Source of the DNA: Solirubrobacterales bacterium
GTDB taxonomy: Bacteria; Actinomycetota; Thermoleophilia; Solirubrobacterales; 70-9
Assembly: GCA_051961435.1 (NCBI GenBank)
Contig: JBQCDH010000027.1
Coordinates: 32,535 to 96,534 of the forward strand
DNA length: 64,000 bases
Direction of reading: 5' to 3'
Shown here: positions 61,758-64,000 of the stretch, piece after piece
How the letters are laid out: each line of letters begins with the position of its first letter
Numbering within the stretch: the stretch's first letter is position 1
Notes under the pieces: model-generated
Seen by the model: only the letters and a program-made list of their open reading frames with translations
The model's database searches: none
Told to the model about the DNA's origin: nothing
Translations under genes and position numbers: made by a program

Positions 61758-63275
61758 ATGGGTTTGAACCTGGCATCGATCGTCACCGCGAGCGCCGAGC
61801 GGGCGCCGGAGGCCGCCGCCGTGCGCCTCGGCGCGGCGGAGCTGACCTACGCCGAGCTCGACGAGCGCAGCGCCCGCCTGGCGACGCTGCTGGGCGAGCG
61901 GGGCGTGCGGCAGGGGGACCGGGTCGGCGTGATGCTCCCCAACGTCCTCGAGTTCCCGATCGCCTACTACGGCGTCCTCCGCGCCGGTGGCGTCGTGGTG
62001 CCGATGAACGTGCTGCTGAAGCGGCGCGAGATCGCCTTCTACCTCGAGGACTCCGGCGCCGCGCTGCTGCTTGCCTGGCATGGCTTCTGCGAGGAGGCGC
62101 GCGACGGCGCCGCCGACGCCGGGGCCGAGCTGATCGAGGTCGAGCCGGGCTCGTTCGCCGAGCTCCTCGCCGACTGCGAGCCCACCCGCGAGCTCGCCGA
62201 CACCGGCGAAGAGGACACCGCGGTGATCCTCTACACCTCCGGCACCACCGGCAAGCCGAAGGGCGCGGAGCTGACCCACTTCAACCTCTCCCGCAACTCC
62301 GAGATCGCCTCCCGCACCACCTGCGAGATCGAGGAGGGCGACGTCGTCCTCGGCGCCCTGCCGCTCTTCCACTCCTTCGGCCAGACGGTGAGCATGAACG
62401 CCTCGCTGCGGGTCGGGGCGACGCTGACCCTGCTGCCGAAATTCGAGCCGGGGGAGGCGCTGGAGATCATGCAGCGCGACGGCGTCACCCACTTCTACGG
62501 GGTGCCGACGATGTACGGGGCGCTGCTGCACCATCCCGACCGCGAGGAATACGACGCCTCGGCGCTGCGGATCTGCATCACCGGCGGCGCCTCGATGCCG
62601 GTGGAGGTGCTGCGCGGCTTCGAGCGGGCCTTCGACTGCGAAGTGCTGGAGGGCTACGGGCTCTCGGAGACCTCGCCGGTCGCCTGCAGCAACCACCCCG
62701 GCCGGCCGCGCAAGCCCGGCTCGATCGGCACCCCGATCGCGGAAGTCGAGATGAAGGTCGTCGACGAGGACGACGAGGAGGTGCCGCAGGGAGAGATCGG
62801 CGAGATCGTGATCCGCGGCCACAACATCATGAAGGGCTACTGGCGGCGCCCGGAGGCGACCGAGGAGGCGATGCGCGGCGGCTGGTTCCACAGCGGCGAC
62901 ATGGCCCGGATCGACGAGGACGGCTACTTCTTCATCGTCGACCGCAAGAAGGACCTGATCATCCGCGGCGGCTACAACGTCTACCCGCGCGAGGTCGAGG
63001 AGGTCCTCTACGAGCACCCGAAGATCCGCGAAGCGGCCGTGATCGGCATCCCCCACGACGAGTGGGGTGAGGAGATCGGCGCCGCCGTCGTCCTCCACGA
63101 GGGCGAGGAGCTGGCGCCGGAGGAGATCAGCCGGTACGTCAAGGAGCGGATCGCCGCCTACAAGTACCCGCGGATCGTCTGGTTCCTCGACGAGCTGCCG
63201 AAGGGACCGACCGGAAAGATCCTCAAGCGAGAGATCGAGTCACCCGCAGCGAGCAGGGAAGAAGCGTCCGTTTAG
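61758..63275 (+). CDS. AMP-dependent acyl-CoA synthetase/ligase (FadD-like)
   Basis: Start at ATG 61758 after GGGAG. ILYTSGTTGKPKGA, GYGLSETS, GWFHSGD, PKGPTGKILKRE. Confidence 0.9.
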   Translation: MGLNLASIVTASAERAPEAAAVRLGAAELTYAELDERSARLATLLGERGVRQGDRVGVMLPNVLEFPIAYYGVLRAGGVVVPMNVLLKRREIAFYLEDSGAALLLAWHGFCEEARDGAADAGAELIEVEPGSFAELLADCEPTRELADTGEEDTAVILYTSGTTGKPKGAELTHFNLSRNSEIASRTTCEIEEGDVVLGALPLFHSFGQTVSMNASLRVGATLTLLPKFEPGEALEIMQRDGVTHFYGVPTMYGALLHHPDREEYDASALRICITGGASMPVEVLRGFERAFDCEVLEGYGLSETSPVACSNHPGRPRKPGSIGTPIAEVEMKVVDEDDEEVPQGEIGEIVIRGHNIMKGYWRRPEATEEAMRGGWFHSGDMARIDEDGYFFIVDRKKDLIIRGGYNVYPREVEEVLYEHPKIREAAVIGIPHDEWGEEIGAAVVLHEGEELAPEEISRYVKERIAAYKYPRIVWFLDELPKGPTGKILKREIESPAASREEASV

Positions 63276-63375
63276 CTCTTTTCCTTTTCAGCGTTCGAAC
63301 CTGCGACATATACTCAGCGGCTTAATACTGGCAGTGCGCTATGGGAGGCGCCTGCTTCTACAGATAGGAGAGACC

Positions 63376-64000
63376 ATGAAGAAACGATTCATGGCGTTTT
63401 TCTCGGTGATGGCCATCTGCGTCACCGGCGCGGCGATGGCGCCCGCCAGCTCGATGGCCCTCGACCCGATCCTCTTCGTCCACGGCTGGTCGGAGAGCGC
63501 CTCGCTCTGGAACACGATGATCGGGCGCTTCGAAAAAGACGGCTACCCCAAATCGTATTTGAGCGCCTACAGCTACAACACCTCGCAGTCGAACAAGATC
63601 GACGCCGAAAAGGAAGTCAAGTCCCACGTCGAATCGCTGCTGAAAACGACCGGCGCCGAAAAGGTCGACATCATCTCCCACTCGATGGGCAGCCTCAACA
63701 CCCGCTGGTACATCAAGTTCGACGGCGGCGAATCGAAGGTCGACGACTGGGTCTCGCTCGGCGGGCCGAACCACGGCACCGAAACCGCTAACGCCTGCGC
63801 CTTCCAAGTCTCCTGCCAGGAGATGGAGGTCGGCTCCAAATTCCTCAGCGAACTGAACGCCGGGGACGAAACGCCGGGCATCGTCAACTACGGCACCTGG
63901 TGGTCGCCCTGCGACGAAATCATCAACCCGGACGAAAGCGTCATCCTCACCGGCGCGAGCAACCACAAAACCGCGTGTCTCACGCACGCGGCTCTGACGA
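63376..64000 (+). CDS. secreted lipase/esterase, Bacillus LipA-like (class 2 lipase); 3' end outside the window
   Basis: Not in the ORF track because it has no stop in the window. ATG 63376 after GGAGAG, signal peptide MKKRFMAFFSVMAICVTGAAMA, PILFVHGW, nucleophile elbow SHSMGS, GGPNHGT. Confidence 0.8.
   Translation, partial: MKKRFMAFFSVMAICVTGAAMAPASSMALDPILFVHGWSESASLWNTMIGRFEKDGYPKSYLSAYSYNTSQSNKIDAEKEVKSHVESLLKTTGAEKVDIISHSMGSLNTRWYIKFDGGESKVDDWVSLGGPNHGTETANACAFQVSCQEMEVGSKFLSELNAGDETPGIVNYGTWWSPCDEIINPDESVILTGASNHKTACLTHAALT

Noticed and set aside
63358-63987. 209-aa minus-strand ORF
   Set aside because: The opposite strand encodes a lipase with a signal peptide and catalytic motifs. 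The minus-strand translation is Gly/Arg/Asp/Val low-complexity.

Overview
64-kb window of a very GC-rich bacterial chromosome (roughly 70% by eye, not computed). Gene content and order (glmU-prs-rplY/ctc-pth-mfd, PPIase-eno-ftsB, ispE-rsmA-tatD, metG-rsmI, glyQS) look like a Gram-positive-type core region. The most plausible source is Actinomycetota, perhaps a deep-branching Thermoleophilia/Rubrobacteria-like lineage; this is inference only. I call about 60 protein genes and three tRNAs (initiator Met-CAT, Leu-TAA, Gln-TTG). There is no rRNA and no CRISPR array. Many long ORFs in the six-frame track are antisense or out-of-frame artefacts of the GC bias (Arg/Pro/Gly/Ala-rich) and were discarded. 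Unusual parts: (i) a type III R-M operon at 1462-6083. (ii) Next to it, a ~5.7-kb integrase-less islet bounded by a 36/37-nt direct repeat of the 3' part of tRNA-fMet (6566-6602 vs 12216-12252), with 12-nt-phased TTGCCCCA repeats near both ends. It carries vapBC, a wHTH+XRE pair, a DDE transposase and an unknown 257-aa protein translationally coupled to a PIN nuclease. (iii) A family of long hairpin repeats with an invariant 14-nt loop and co-varying stems: one copy at 25756-25835 lies in frame inside a membrane-protein CDS, and an inverted pair lies at 43029-43237. A 164-nt rod-like hairpin at 36719-36882 shares the GCGGGTCCT motif. (iv) pth has no ATG/GTG/TTG start upstream of its catalytic N-terminus and is in frame with the rplY stop codon. 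(v) A four-gene orphan islet at 57051-59608. (vi) Several unusual architectures: an ECF sigma fused to a zf-HC2 anti-sigma/TM segment, a rhomboid-like protein lacking catalytic residues, a Vps62/DUF946-like membrane protein, and a DedA-PAP2 fusion. All family calls come from reading motifs by eye; no database search was run.
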